From sequence record MN445183.1: a stretch of DNA of 64,000 nt. The stretch is one strand, 5' to 3'. This document shows, in pieces, positions 37,787-47,011 of this stretch; position 1 is the first letter of the stretch; every line of letters starts with the position of its first letter. The translations under genes were made by a program, and so were the position numbers. The notes under the pieces are model-generated. The model ran no database searches, had not been told where the DNA came from, and saw only the letters and a list, made by a program, of their open reading frames with translations.

Positions 37787-38069
37787 ACGTGAAGCTTTCT
37801 ATATTGGTGTGGGTCTGTTGTTAGCATTGTCGGTAACGGCTAAGGCTAAGGCTAGTGATGACGTTGCCGCTTCTGGAATGGGGTGTGTGACTGCCACGCA
37901 GTACGGTAAGGTGATGATGCAGTGCGCGGATGGCACGGTGTCCGTCATGAACAATAACGTGCTTTATATCTGCCGGCAGGCAATGGGCGGGGTTACGTGT
38001 ACTGAACAGTATATTGGTAAAGACCGTGATCGTAAACGGGAAGCAGCCGATGGGGCGGATACGAAATGA
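37776..38069 (+). CDS. Putative exported Cys-rich protein
   Basis: Signal-peptide-like N-terminus; four Cys. Confidence 0.6.
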   Translation: MINKREAFYIGVGLLLALSVTAKAKASDDVAASGMGCVTATQYGKVMMQCADGTVSVMNNNVLYICRQAMGGVTCTEQYIGKDRDRKREAADGADTK

Positions 38070-38422
38070 GCAAACACAAACGTTTGAAAGCAGCGCGTCG
38101 TAAGCAGCATAATACGACGGCTAAAGTACGGGCACGTGAGTGGGCCGAACAGTGCGCCGCACGTCGTCAGAAGGCCGATGAGATTCGTGCACAGATTCTT
38201 GCCACCGCATCGGAATTAAAGATCAGTGAGCCACTACCCCCAACCGATCCGCTCTCTAAGTTGTTGGATGGGTTCCTGGACGGGGGTGAATTACCCGCGG
38301 GTCTTTACCATCCTGACGGTACGCTGGATCTCTTCAGTATTGTTCAACGCGTTCAACGCCTTGGTGGCGTATCGTTCATTGACACTGAAGGGCCTATCAA
38401 ATCTAGGGAGGCTTCCTCATGA
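38066..38422 (+). CDS. Hypothetical protein with basic N-terminus
   Basis: ATGA coupling. Confidence 0.65.
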   Translation: MSKHKRLKAARRKQHNTTAKVRAREWAEQCAARRQKADEIRAQILATASELKISEPLPPTDPLSKLLDGFLDGGELPAGLYHPDGTLDLFSIVQRVQRLGGVSFIDTEGPIKSREASS

Positions 38423-38685
38423 GTTGGGATATCGAACAACCGCAACACGGTGTACGTGCTGAAGATGTTATTGAGTTCGACATTGATGAAGCTAAGCGCC
38501 GTGTCGAACAACGTAACCAGGAGCGCTGGGTCGGCATGACTTGCCCGGTGGTTCATGTTGCTGAAGGGGTGGATGTTGAGAAGCTGTTGCGTGAAGCTAA
38601 GAAGCCCATCATGGTTTGTAAGCTGACCATCAACGGTATCGACCATGCAACCGTGAATCATCACATGGGGCCGTATACGTCGTGA
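38419..38685 (+). CDS. Hypothetical protein
   Basis: GGGAGG RBS, ATGA coupling. Confidence 0.65.
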   Translation: MSWDIEQPQHGVRAEDVIEFDIDEAKRRVEQRNQERWVGMTCPVVHVAEGVDVEKLLREAKKPIMVCKLTINGIDHATVNHHMGPYTS

Positions 38686-38930
38686 CGGTAAAGAAGAAGC
38701 GCAAAAGCAGTAAGGCCGCACCGGTCAGGCGTAGACGACGCCGTTCACGAAAACGTAAACCGTCCACTACGCCGGATCATGCACTGCAGTTTGTGATGCA
38801 CTACGACCCAGTGAAAGTTCAGCCATACGTCCCGCCACGTACTGACAACTACGGAGTGGTGGATAACCTGTTTCAACCGATTACTGCGGAAGAGCTGGAG
38901 TTTCAGCGTAAGTTCCGTAGACGTCGCTAG
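38682..38930 (+). CDS. Small Arg/Lys-rich protein
   Basis: GTGA coupling; KKKRKSSK...RRRRRRSRKRK; ends RKFRRRR. Confidence 0.55.
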   Translation: MTVKKKRKSSKAAPVRRRRRRSRKRKPSTTPDHALQFVMHYDPVKVQPYVPPRTDNYGVVDNLFQPITAEELEFQRKFRRRR

Positions 38931-38939
38931 AGGGAAGTC

Positions 38940-39530
38940 ATGAATCAACATCAAGAGTTAGAAACAATAAAGTTAGGGAATAGTACGCGCTTCTGCTACG
39001 GTTATTTGAATGTCCAGATGCAGTACCGTCTCGACGAGACAAGGTTTCTGAGTGATTGTCCAGAACCCATTGTCGAGGTATTCTGGCGTGATATCTCACT
39101 GGGTCGTTATAACTCACTCCAGGTTGCGTTAACAGAAACTTTCAATGCGGTGCGGGTATGCCGTCCTGGTATTACTGAAAAGATCAAGAATGAACGTGCG
39201 ACGTTACTGTTGACGCTCTCTGCGGTAGGTGCATTGGTTGGTGTGGAACTTAACGGTAGTTGTGACACGCCAGAAGTAGAAACCCGCATGCATCCTGAAG
39301 ACGATCGTTTACGTGAGGCCTTTAAGCATTGGGATGACCGTCCCCGGGTTATGGTCTGTTCGTTGGTTTCTTCCACAGATCGTCATAACTACAATAATGA
39401 GGGTATTCGTTATCGTATTCGCATGGTTAATTCGAGCACCACGTTTGAACACGAAGTGTCCATGTCGTCGTGTAATCCGATTGATCTGGAACCGTTGTTG
39501 GTCGATCTGATGATCAAACACTTTGCATAA
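38940..39530 (+). CDS. Hypothetical protein
   Basis: GAGGG RBS, 196 aa, ends at a terminator. Confidence 0.65.
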   Translation: MNQHQELETIKLGNSTRFCYGYLNVQMQYRLDETRFLSDCPEPIVEVFWRDISLGRYNSLQVALTETFNAVRVCRPGITEKIKNERATLLLTLSAVGALVGVELNGSCDTPEVETRMHPEDDRLREAFKHWDDRPRVMVCSLVSSTDRHNYNNEGIRYRIRMVNSSTTFEHEVSMSSCNPIDLEPLLVDLMIKHFA

Positions 39531-39570
39531 TCTAAGAGGCTGCTCACGCGGCCTCTTTTTTTTTTTATGC
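39525..39570 (+). terminator. Terminator with GCATAA/TTATGC flanks
   Basis: AAGAGGCTGC-TCAC-GCGGCCTCTT, T run, ATGC. Confidence 0.8.
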
Positions 39571-39627
39571 CGATCTGTATTAATGAACATCAAAGAATAA
39601 TTAATTGCAGTCTAATAATTTTCAACC

Positions 39628-39643
39628 CTACATTACTAATGTG
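39628..39643 (+). promoter_or_regulatory. Promoter motif copy
   Basis: CTACATTACTAATGTG preceded by AATTTT. Confidence 0.7.
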
Positions 39644-39693
39644 AATGCATTCCCGCTCATATTGAGCTTTCTACACAACGAGGATATATCCAC

Positions 39694-40401
39694 ATGAATA
39701 ACCAATTCGGTCAGCAACCTTACTTTGCAGGTGCCGCATATCAGTCTATTGCTGATAAAATTGTTGGCATTGTTAACGACGCAAACGACCTCATCAAAGA
39801 AGTCACGTCGGATTACAGCATCGACCCGACCACCGGCGCTCTCGCTGGCCTGCGTGCCATTCCATCCCTGACCGGTAATCACTCCTACGAACCGGCGATT
39901 ATCGGTTACATCGCTATTGACGATCATGAAGAGTTCGCCCGTGCGTACTTCAGTAATGAACCGGCCGTTAGTCAGGCGCTGTACTCTCGTAGCCTGTCCT
40001 TCGTTAATAAGGAAGAGCTGAAGGCCAGCATTGAAGATGCGAAGACACCGATTGCGCAGTACAGCCCAATCACGTTGCTGTCATCCTTTGATGGCCTTTA
40101 TCTCGATGCACTGGTTGTGGTGCTGGAAGAACGTGGCTTCCTGTGCCGCGTAACCACCACCATTATCGACAAACCGAACGAATGGCCGGGTGCTAACTAC
40201 GGTCGTCGTCATATCACTCCTAACCTGACCGCTCCGGTTGACATCCGCGGTGCGCGCGATGAATTCATCAACAAGTGGACTGCGGCGTTCAAAGCACCGA
40301 ACTCGTATCAAGCACAAGCACAACACCTCAGCAGCCTGGCCAGTGATGTACACGTTGGCGACCAGCCAACTGCGCAGGAAGAAACCGGCCCAGCGGCATA
40401 A
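39694..40401 (+). CDS. Hypothetical protein, probably early and well expressed
   Basis: GAGGA RBS, biased codons, downstream of promoter motif. Confidence 0.75.
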   Translation: MNNQFGQQPYFAGAAYQSIADKIVGIVNDANDLIKEVTSDYSIDPTTGALAGLRAIPSLTGNHSYEPAIIGYIAIDDHEEFARAYFSNEPAVSQALYSRSLSFVNKEELKASIEDAKTPIAQYSPITLLSSFDGLYLDALVVVLEERGFLCRVTTTIIDKPNEWPGANYGRRHITPNLTAPVDIRGARDEFINKWTAAFKAPNSYQAQAQHLSSLASDVHVGDQPTAQEETGPAA

Positions 40402-40419
40402 CCAATACGGATAACTGAC

Positions 40420-40785
40420 ATGAACGATTACACTCTCGCAATATACAGAGCGGTCTGCTGCAAGACAGTGACCACCGGCAGTACGATGCACATCGATGAT
40501 TTCGGTGACATCTGGACACTGACACCTGCGTTGAACCGCTGTGGTGAGCAGAGTGTATATCGTCAGTACTCCGGGAACTTAGTGATTTCCGGACATCCGT
40601 TACCGTCTAACATCAATGGGAATCATCTGTACCTTGGGCAGTTGATTCCTACTTACCATTTTAACATCAGTAATCCATCGCCATTCATTAACGGGTTACA
40701 ACAGCAAGTCGGGTATTATTTACAAAACCGACTACTGAAAGTTTTAGCGCGTTACAATAAGAAACCAATTAGCTTTAGGGGATAA
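40420..40785 (+). CDS. Hypothetical protein
   Basis: 121-aa ORF in operon. Confidence 0.55.
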   Translation: MNDYTLAIYRAVCCKTVTTGSTMHIDDFGDIWTLTPALNRCGEQSVYRQYSGNLVISGHPLPSNINGNHLYLGQLIPTYHFNISNPSPFINGLQQQVGYYLQNRLLKVLARYNKKPISFRG

Positions 40786-40791
40786 CTTGAC

Positions 40792-41226
40792 ATGTTGAAG
40801 AAACTGGTATTACTCGCAGCACTAGCGATCACCGCAAACAGCTTTGCCGCAGACACTGTGGTTAATGGTAAAGTCTGGTCGGTGGAATACAACACGGCTT
40901 CCGCTTTCTATTCTGCATCAAAAGGCGAACAAGAGATCACCATGGAATGTATCCTGGGTGACATGACCTTTGCAGTCCATGATGACGAAACCGGGTTGGA
41001 ATTTAACTCTCGTGATAACCACATGGCGGTGATCATTGATGGGGTCATTTATAAGGTACCCAAAACGCTCTCTGAGCGCCGTGACTTTTATGACACTGTC
41101 TTACATGCCAGTGACACGATAGAGCTACAGGAGGTGTCTGGTGAGCGTTCTAAGGCCTATCCAATAAAAGAACTCCGCCAGCTCTTCCAATCCATTGAAT
41201 TTGACCTGTCAGATTGCAAGGAATAA
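40792..41226 (+). CDS. Putative exported protein
   Basis: MLKKLVLLAALAITANSFA signal peptide. Confidence 0.7.
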   Translation: MLKKLVLLAALAITANSFAADTVVNGKVWSVEYNTASAFYSASKGEQEITMECILGDMTFAVHDDETGLEFNSRDNHMAVIIDGVIYKVPKTLSERRDFYDTVLHASDTIELQEVSGERSKAYPIKELRQLFQSIEFDLSDCKE

Positions 41227-41228
41227 CC

Positions 41229-41720
41229 ATGAGTAACAAATATGTAATGCGCATTGACGATTTGATTACTCGCATGGGCAAGCAAGAGTTGAAACCAAAG
41301 TTAATTCTTACTGGTTTTTATGCTGACCTGAAGATGTATAATGACTGGGAAAAGAAAAACCAGTTTATTCCGGTGCCGAGGGATGTGTCGGAAGAGTACA
41401 TGGCGAAGTTACGGTCGTACGGCTATGTGTTGGACGGTGAGGTATTTGATGTATCATTCACCGATGCACTTGGTCACCAGCGGAACCTTAGAATTGAAAT
41501 GACCTGTTGTTTAGAACAGTCGGCGTATTCCGATTTCGACATTCATTTGCCGGAGCACTTCAATTGCTGCGTCAGAGATATTGAAGGCGGATATATGCAT
41601 GTGGATAACATACGTGCGATATTCGACATTACGCTGGCCCGCGTTATCATGGGTAACGGTGATTACATTCGATCTAACCTAAACTCAATTGTAGATCATG
41701 ATGATAGAAATCTTTACTAA
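41229..41720 (+). CDS. Hypothetical protein
   Basis: AAGGA RBS. Confidence 0.65.
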   Translation: MSNKYVMRIDDLITRMGKQELKPKLILTGFYADLKMYNDWEKKNQFIPVPRDVSEEYMAKLRSYGYVLDGEVFDVSFTDALGHQRNLRIEMTCCLEQSAYSDFDIHLPEHFNCCVRDIEGGYMHVDNIRAIFDITLARVIMGNGDYIRSNLNSIVDHDDRNLY

Positions 41721-41737
41721 CCCGTTGGAGCTGTATC

Positions 41738-42064
41738 ATGAAAACTTCTACCTTGCCAGGGAATCTCGTTAGTGACAAATGTCCTGATGGGATTTTGGTC
41801 TACATTAACAAAGATCACTTTCTGCTGATTAAGTCTTCCCGTAACGGTTCCCCAATAGAAACAGTTATCGGTGCAGTGCTGGTCAGCGACGAACCGGTGA
41901 AACAAGGCACAACAACCAATACGGTGACATTCCCGTTACAACGGGATCCACATACTTACCTGTACATCACCGGTAACGAATTCCCTGATCCACGTGCGTT
42001 AGCGATTTGGGATATGATCTTTGACAACCTGAATAAATATTTAATGCTGAAAGGATATCGCTAA
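41738..42064 (+). CDS. Hypothetical protein
   Basis: GGAG RBS. Confidence 0.6.
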   Translation: MKTSTLPGNLVSDKCPDGILVYINKDHFLLIKSSRNGSPIETVIGAVLVSDEPVKQGTTTNTVTFPLQRDPHTYLYITGNEFPDPRALAIWDMIFDNLNKYLMLKGYR

Positions 42065-42427
42065 ATGAAATTTCATATTGAAAGTATTTCATTTGTCGCT
42101 GAAATCAATGGTTGGCGTATGGAGGTCACCATAGATGATCGTGACGTCATGCCATTACAGCACTTGTCGTTACATGCCAGCGCTAATACCTGCATTGAGT
42201 TGAATTACTGCATGGACGTAGTAGGTACCATTTACAAAGTCACGTTGCCGGTTACGTTAATCTGTTTGCAAGGTCGTGCGATTGCAATGGAAATACCGAA
42301 CGCGGTAGAAGTGGTTTATAATGACAAGACCACCATCATGCACATCAGAGACGTCAACTTTGCTCTGGTTAACTTAGATTCTATTGTGCACGTTGGCCGA
42401 GCCATGCCGACTAACATTGGTCGTTAA
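42065..42427 (+). CDS. Hypothetical protein
   Basis: AAGGA RBS; adjacent to upstream stop. Confidence 0.6.
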   Translation: MKFHIESISFVAEINGWRMEVTIDDRDVMPLQHLSLHASANTCIELNYCMDVVGTIYKVTLPVTLICLQGRAIAMEIPNAVEVVYNDKTTIMHIRDVNFALVNLDSIVHVGRAMPTNIGR

Positions 42428-42454
42428 TCACGATTTAATGTTAAAGGAGGATCG

Positions 42455-42637
42455 TTGAGAAGTAAGCCTGTTGTTATAAAAGGTCGTTACTACGAATCTA
42501 TAATTCAAGCTGCCAGAAGCATGCCAAGGGGATCTTACCGGTGGCGGCGTAATGAAGTCAGTGAGCGTGTTCATTCGCCGGATTACCCAGAATGGCGACT
42601 TGCCACAGAAGAAGAAATTAACGACCGTAAAAGATAA
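42455..42637 (+). CDS. Stand-alone NUMOD1-like DNA-binding mini-protein
   Basis: AAAGGAGG RBS before TTG; KPVVIKGRYYESIIQAAR; followed by terminator 42644-42672. Confidence 0.55.
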   Translation: MRSKPVVIKGRYYESIIQAARSMPRGSYRWRRNEVSERVHSPDYPEWRLATEEEINDRKR

Positions 42638-42643
42638 TGATAT

Positions 42644-42675
42644 ACAGCGGGGATCCACCTCGCTGTTTTTTTTTT
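42644..42675 (+). terminator. Terminator
   Basis: ACAGCGGGG-ATCCA-CCTCGCTGT then long T run. Confidence 0.75.
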
Positions 42676-42688
42676 GTTGAGGTGATTC

Positions 42689-43099
42689 ATGGCTAAGGTC
42701 CATAGCAAGATAGTGGCAATTGCCTGTGACTTTGTCGGTGACTTCTCGTTCCCCGCGCTAAGGGAATGTTTGCCACCCGGCACTCGCATCGCAGCATTAT
42801 ACAACTTTGCCACCGCTACCCAGTTCGCAGAAGACATCAAGTCCGCGATGAAACGTAGCGACGTCATTCTTGTCGACACCAGTTCGCATACGTTACGCTT
42901 CCTTAAGATGCTGGATATCCCTTATCAACTTATCTTTGCAAGCTACCACACATCGGAAGATGACCAGCAACACATTAACAATTGTCGATTGCAAACCAAT
43001 TGCATCCACACTGAAATCCAAACGCCTGATGATTTTAAACGTTTGGTTTGGCACTACCGACCCGATATAGGTCTCTCTGTTGAACTACCGCCGGCATAA
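42689..43099 (+). CDS. Hypothetical protein
   Basis: GAGGTG RBS, 136 aa. Confidence 0.65.
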   Translation: MAKVHSKIVAIACDFVGDFSFPALRECLPPGTRIAALYNFATATQFAEDIKSAMKRSDVILVDTSSHTLRFLKMLDIPYQLIFASYHTSEDDQQHINNCRLQTNCIHTEIQTPDDFKRLVWHYRPDIGLSVELPPA

Positions 43100-43148
43100 A
43101 AGCACGAGGGTCTCTTCTCCCGTTGGGGAGAAGAGACACCTCTATGCT
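43094..43148. terminator. Bidirectional bulged hairpin element
   Basis: GCATAAAAGCAC-GAGG-GTCTCTTCTCCC-GTTG-GGGAGAAGAGAC-A-CCTC-TATGC. Confidence 0.8.
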
Positions 43149-43160
43149 GTCTTTTTTTTT

Positions 43161-43499
43161 TTATGCATTCAATTTTTCAGCAAAGCGCAACGCATGGTAC
43201 TGACGGGCGTATTGCTCATCATCCGTGTGACTGTAACGCTTGCCAATGAGCGACGTGCTCAATCCATGACGTATTAAACGATCAACGTTACGCTCATTAT
43301 CTATGATCGTTAACTGCACGCTGACGTGTTTTACACCGAAGGCCTTACGCACCACTTCATTGTAGTGGGCTTCAAGCAATGCACAGCCAACATTGGTTCT
43401 GACTGATACGGCGATTGTTGCGATGTTCTGCTCGCGCGCACCCAGAGCAATGGCGGCTATTTGACATAGCTTTTTCTTAGTATAATCTAATGCCAACAT
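43161..43499 (-). CDS. Hypothetical protein
   Basis: AAGGA upstream on minus strand, 112 aa. Confidence 0.5.
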   Translation of the reverse strand: MLALDYTKKKLCQIAAIALGAREQNIATIAVSVRTNVGCALLEAHYNEVVRKAFGVKHVSVQLTIIDNERNVDRLIRHGLSTSLIGKRYSHTDDEQYARQYHALRFAEKLNA

Positions 43500-43526
43500 T
43501 CCCAGAGTCCTTAATGAAGGGCGGTG

Positions 43527-43910
43527 TTACCCGCCCGGTTTAGGTTGAGCTGCGTTTAACTTGAGAAAAGTTTTCTCTAATTCCGACAGCCCATCGCCCT
43601 TACTTTTTGCTTTCTTTTCCCCATAACGAATACTGCGTTCTACCATCATCTTTTGTTTGGCGTAGGTATACGTCATCCAGGTGTCAAACGTAATGCCCGT
43701 GTGCTCGAAGATGTTCGCATTGAGGTATTCATCGAAGTACCCGCCAAACCCACTGAGCAGTAAGGGATCTTCCTGTTCCACTTGACTGGCCAGTGAAAAC
43801 GGCGACGGATCGGTATCGTGGTTAACAATACCGTAGGTGTCGTCGTAGAGCTCCAACAACCGCAGCTGCACCAGTTCCGGGTCACCGGCCATGAACTTAG
43901 GATCGTTCAA
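43527..43910 (-). CDS. Tail/baseplate assembly chaperone-like domain, possibly the frameshift extension of the upstream gene
   Basis: GITFDTWMTY motif typical of gpT/gp51-like domains; frame stays open upstream to 44036. Confidence 0.55.
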   Translation of the reverse strand: MNDPKFMAGDPELVQLRLLELYDDTYGIVNHDTDPSPFSLASQVEQEDPLLLSGFGGYFDEYLNANIFEHTGITFDTWMTYTYAKQKMMVERSIRYGEKKAKSKGDGLSELEKTFLKLNAAQPKPGG

Positions 43911-43966
43911 GGCCTTCTCCCAGGCTTCACCACGGTCGTAGTAGTCGCTACCGAAATCGTGGTGGA

Positions 43967-45616
43967 TTAGATGTCGGCGCTGTTGATAGAATTCGCTACT
44001 GTATTCGTTAAGAGGGTAAAAAAAGCTCGCTCCAGGTTAACCGGTGTGTACGACGGGAAGTGGTGGTTAACCATCGGTTGACGATGCTGACACGCCGGGC
44101 ATTTGTAACGAGGCAGTGCAACAATACCCACCGTTGTTTCCGTGATGAAGCGGTTAACTTCAGCATAGAACTTCTTGCGGATCTCATCGTCTTTGCTGAG
44201 CTCTTTCAGCGTTTCGTAGATTGGTTCTTCGCCTTCTACGAAGCCGTCGATCTCACCGTCTGCATCGAGATAGTCAACGCGACGTACGAAGTGTGCATAC
44301 TGACGCAGTGCAGAAATTGCAGCCTGCTTGTTAATGTACTGCGTGCGTTGCTCACGAGAGATGGTGTCTTTAAACGCCAGGGTCAGGGAATCTTCAATGG
44401 CGTTGATCCATGCTTCGCCAGCTTGCAGTTTGTTCTCCACGGACGACATGCCGAAGATAACACGCACACCCGGAGTCAACACCGCTACGTTATCAGCCAT
44501 CGTAGCAAAGTGTTCCTGGTATGCCAGCACGGATTCCGTAGTGTGGCCGTTGCGTTTACGGATATGCGCACGCTGGCCTTCGGTCAGACGGGCGTTATCA
44601 ATAATCGTCATGCGGCCAATGCTGGTTTTCCGTACTTCGATGTGGTTACACTTCAGCGGATCAACCTGGCAAGGCTGTGCGATGTTGTAGCCCGTGCGGA
44701 AGCGCGCGGCCATGTAACCAGCAACCAGCAGCGGAATGTCCTGAATCAGAACGATATTACCCAGCTCTTTCTTGTTCGCACTACCCAGTGAGGTATTGAC
44801 GATCATGCCTGCCATCAGATCCCACAGGTGACGCAGAATGATGACGTCAGAGTTGGAGAACACCAGACCTGCCGTACGACGACCCAGCACCGATTTGGAT
44901 TCCAGTACACGCGTATGGAAGTTAACCATCTCGTCTTCGCCAGCAACCAGCAGGGTAACCCAAATACCGGTGTGTGGAAGTGGTAACGTAATAAAGTCGC
45001 CGATCTGCATGACCTGACGTGCACGAATCATGGCGTCTTTACCGGACAGGAGTTCGCCTTTCTTGTGCTTAGAGTTTGTTACGTTAGGACGGAATGCGCC
45101 TACTACCTGATCGTCGATCAGAATACCTTGCAACCAACGGCTGTCTTTACGCATCACTACGTCGGTCAGACCGTTCTTATATGCCATGTGGTTGATGGAC
45201 TGCTGGGTTGCGTTCAGCCACTGCATGGCTGATTCTGCACCTTTCAGTCGGACCATTTCACGGAACAGCTCAGACTCACTGGAATCGGCTTTGCCCTGGT
45301 TAATACCATCAACCAGATCGTTGATGGTAATCTGGTCGCCGTGCGCAACGTGCAGCACGTCCATCAGTTCAGGGTACGGCGTCAGGACACGTTCGATTGC
45401 CGGATCAACGTACTTAGAATCCAGCTCGATATCCGGATCGTTTGGCATGTCCGCCACTTGTTCAGTTACAGATGTGTCGATGGCATCTGGGTCATTGATA
45501 ATCCCGCCGATCGGATCCTGGCGACCCATTTCACCAGTCTCACCCAGCTGCTCAACTTTGTTGGTGATGACCTGATCCAGATCGATACTTACTTCGTCAT
45601 TCTGATCGTTTGACAT
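43967..45616 (-). CDS. Conserved protein (phiKZ gp77-like; possible baseplate hub/tail assembly chaperone)
   Basis: 549 aa; acidic N-terminus, CxxxxxxC and CPAC Zn motifs, C-terminal FF. Confidence 0.65.
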   Translation of the reverse strand: MSNDQNDEVSIDLDQVITNKVEQLGETGEMGRQDPIGGIINDPDAIDTSVTEQVADMPNDPDIELDSKYVDPAIERVLTPYPELMDVLHVAHGDQITINDLVDGINQGKADSSESELFREMVRLKGAESAMQWLNATQQSINHMAYKNGLTDVVMRKDSRWLQGILIDDQVVGAFRPNVTNSKHKKGELLSGKDAMIRARQVMQIGDFITLPLPHTGIWVTLLVAGEDEMVNFHTRVLESKSVLGRRTAGLVFSNSDVIILRHLWDLMAGMIVNTSLGSANKKELGNIVLIQDIPLLVAGYMAARFRTGYNIAQPCQVDPLKCNHIEVRKTSIGRMTIIDNARLTEGQRAHIRKRNGHTTESVLAYQEHFATMADNVAVLTPGVRVIFGMSSVENKLQAGEAWINAIEDSLTLAFKDTISREQRTQYINKQAAISALRQYAHFVRRVDYLDADGEIDGFVEGEEPIYETLKELSKDDEIRKKFYAEVNRFITETTVGIVALPRYKCPACQHRQPMVNHHFPSYTPVNLERAFFTLLTNTVANSINSADI

Positions 45617-46071
45617 TATACATTTCCCTTGGGTTGGTTCTGTGCCGCAACTGCGGCTGCATGAGCCTGTTCGTTAGAGTTAAAGAGCGGTACGAAGCTG
45701 TCGTTCCAGACTTGAATGATCATGCTCTGGATAAGGACATATTCTTCATGGATCGCCAGAAACTGCGTAATCTCATCCGGAGACAATGCATAACCCGTAC
45801 GACCCATGTGTTTTGGATGCACAACTGCCAATGCCTGCTCGGCATTTTTAACAGTGGTCAGCAAAGCATTAATGCACGGATCTAAGATAGCCGGGTTAGG
45901 ATGGAAGTGGATGATATTGTTATTTACCGCCATGAGACACGTGTTACGATACTGGTTCACCAGGTCAATCGTATAGTGTCTCACGACGGTATCCAGATAC
46001 TCCCAGCTGGAGTCTGAAGGGGTTGGTTGCTCTGGTGGAGCAGCCAGCGGATAAAGTGGTGCTGTTGACAT
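45616..46071 (-). CDS. Hypothetical protein
   Basis: AAGGA RBS; coupled to downstream gene. Confidence 0.65.
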   Translation of the reverse strand: MSTAPLYPLAAPPEQPTPSDSSWEYLDTVVRHYTIDLVNQYRNTCLMAVNNNIIHFHPNPAILDPCINALLTTVKNAEQALAVVHPKHMGRTGYALSPDEITQFLAIHEEYVLIQSMIIQVWNDSFVPLFNSNEQAHAAAVAAQNQPKGNV

Positions 46072-46165
46072 AATTTGGACGTCCTTAACAAACCAAAAAG
46101 AATAGGGCCTTCATATATTGATACAGCATATGTAATAGAATACAATAAATGAAGAGTGTGCTTAC

Positions 46166-47011
46166 ATGAGCGATTTCAGCGAACTGAATGAATATTTAAT
46201 GCCATTACTGGTCGACGTACGCCGTGATCGTATCATCACAGCATGTCAAAACTTGGCGGCCGGCGGCAACAACCAGCTGCAACCGGACATTGATCGTCTG
46301 TTAAACATGTCTAACGACGGCGAAGCGCCGGACGTCATTGATGATATCCACAAACTGATCTTTGAACACATGTACAGCAAGACCCTGGAGCTGGGTTTTG
46401 TGTGGGCTGAAGACGTAGACTGGCTTAGTGACTTTAACCTGTTAACCGATGTGATGCAGGGTCTGATGCTGCTTGATGGCGTCGAAGATTACGGTGAGAT
46501 CTCTCGTGTTATCACTGATGAACTCATGAGCACTGAAGAGAAGGTCACTGACATTCTCACCGCAACTCTGGCGAAAGACATGAGCATCTTGCTTGAGCGT
46601 GTCGATCAAATCGCGGAAGAGACCATCATCGGCATTGCGGGTGCAATCACCGGTGAGTTGGTTGTCGAGGAAGAAGACCCCCCCCCACCTGCTGAGCTTG
46701 ATTACGTCAAAGCCCGTTTGGTGAAATACCACGAGAAGTTCTACAAAGGATTAGCTTACGAATACATCGTCTGTGGCGGTGCTTTAGGGGTCGATTACGA
46801 ATCCTTGCTTCAACTGTTCAACGACCCCCTGGGTGCGTTGATTGACACTGATTTAACGGTGCTGACACAAGAGTTGATTGGTTTCGCTCTGGTCAGTAAC
46901 ATCATTGATGACCTGCTCCAGGACGAAGTCTGCAAACAGCTCGACATTTATGTTGATGACAAAATGCGCCTGCAAGACCTGGGGGCAGTCGTAACAGGAT
47001 TCCTCGCATGA
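46166..47011 (+). CDS. Conserved acidic protein (phiKZ gp79-like)
   Basis: 281 aa; ATGA-coupled to the vRNAP subunit. Confidence 0.7.
   Translation: MSDFSELNEYLMPLLVDVRRDRIITACQNLAAGGNNQLQPDIDRLLNMSNDGEAPDVIDDIHKLIFEHMYSKTLELGFVWAEDVDWLSDFNLLTDVMQGLMLLDGVEDYGEISRVITDELMSTEEKVTDILTATLAKDMSILLERVDQIAEETIIGIAGAITGELVVEEEDPPPPAELDYVKARLVKYHEKFYKGLAYEYIVCGGALGVDYESLLQLFNDPLGALIDTDLTVLTQELIGFALVSNIIDDLLQDEVCKQLDIYVDDKMRLQDLGAVVTGFLA

Noticed and set aside
42428-42703. 91-aa minus-strand ORF
   Set aside because: The plus-strand 42455 ORF has a strong RBS, a recognisable motif and a terminator.
44060-44791. 243-aa plus-strand ORF inside the 549-aa gene
   Set aside because: Antisense shadow.
46678-46686. 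C9 homopolymer as a phase-variation or frameshift site
   Set aside because: The ORF stays in frame through it (poly-Pro) and no alternative product is evident.
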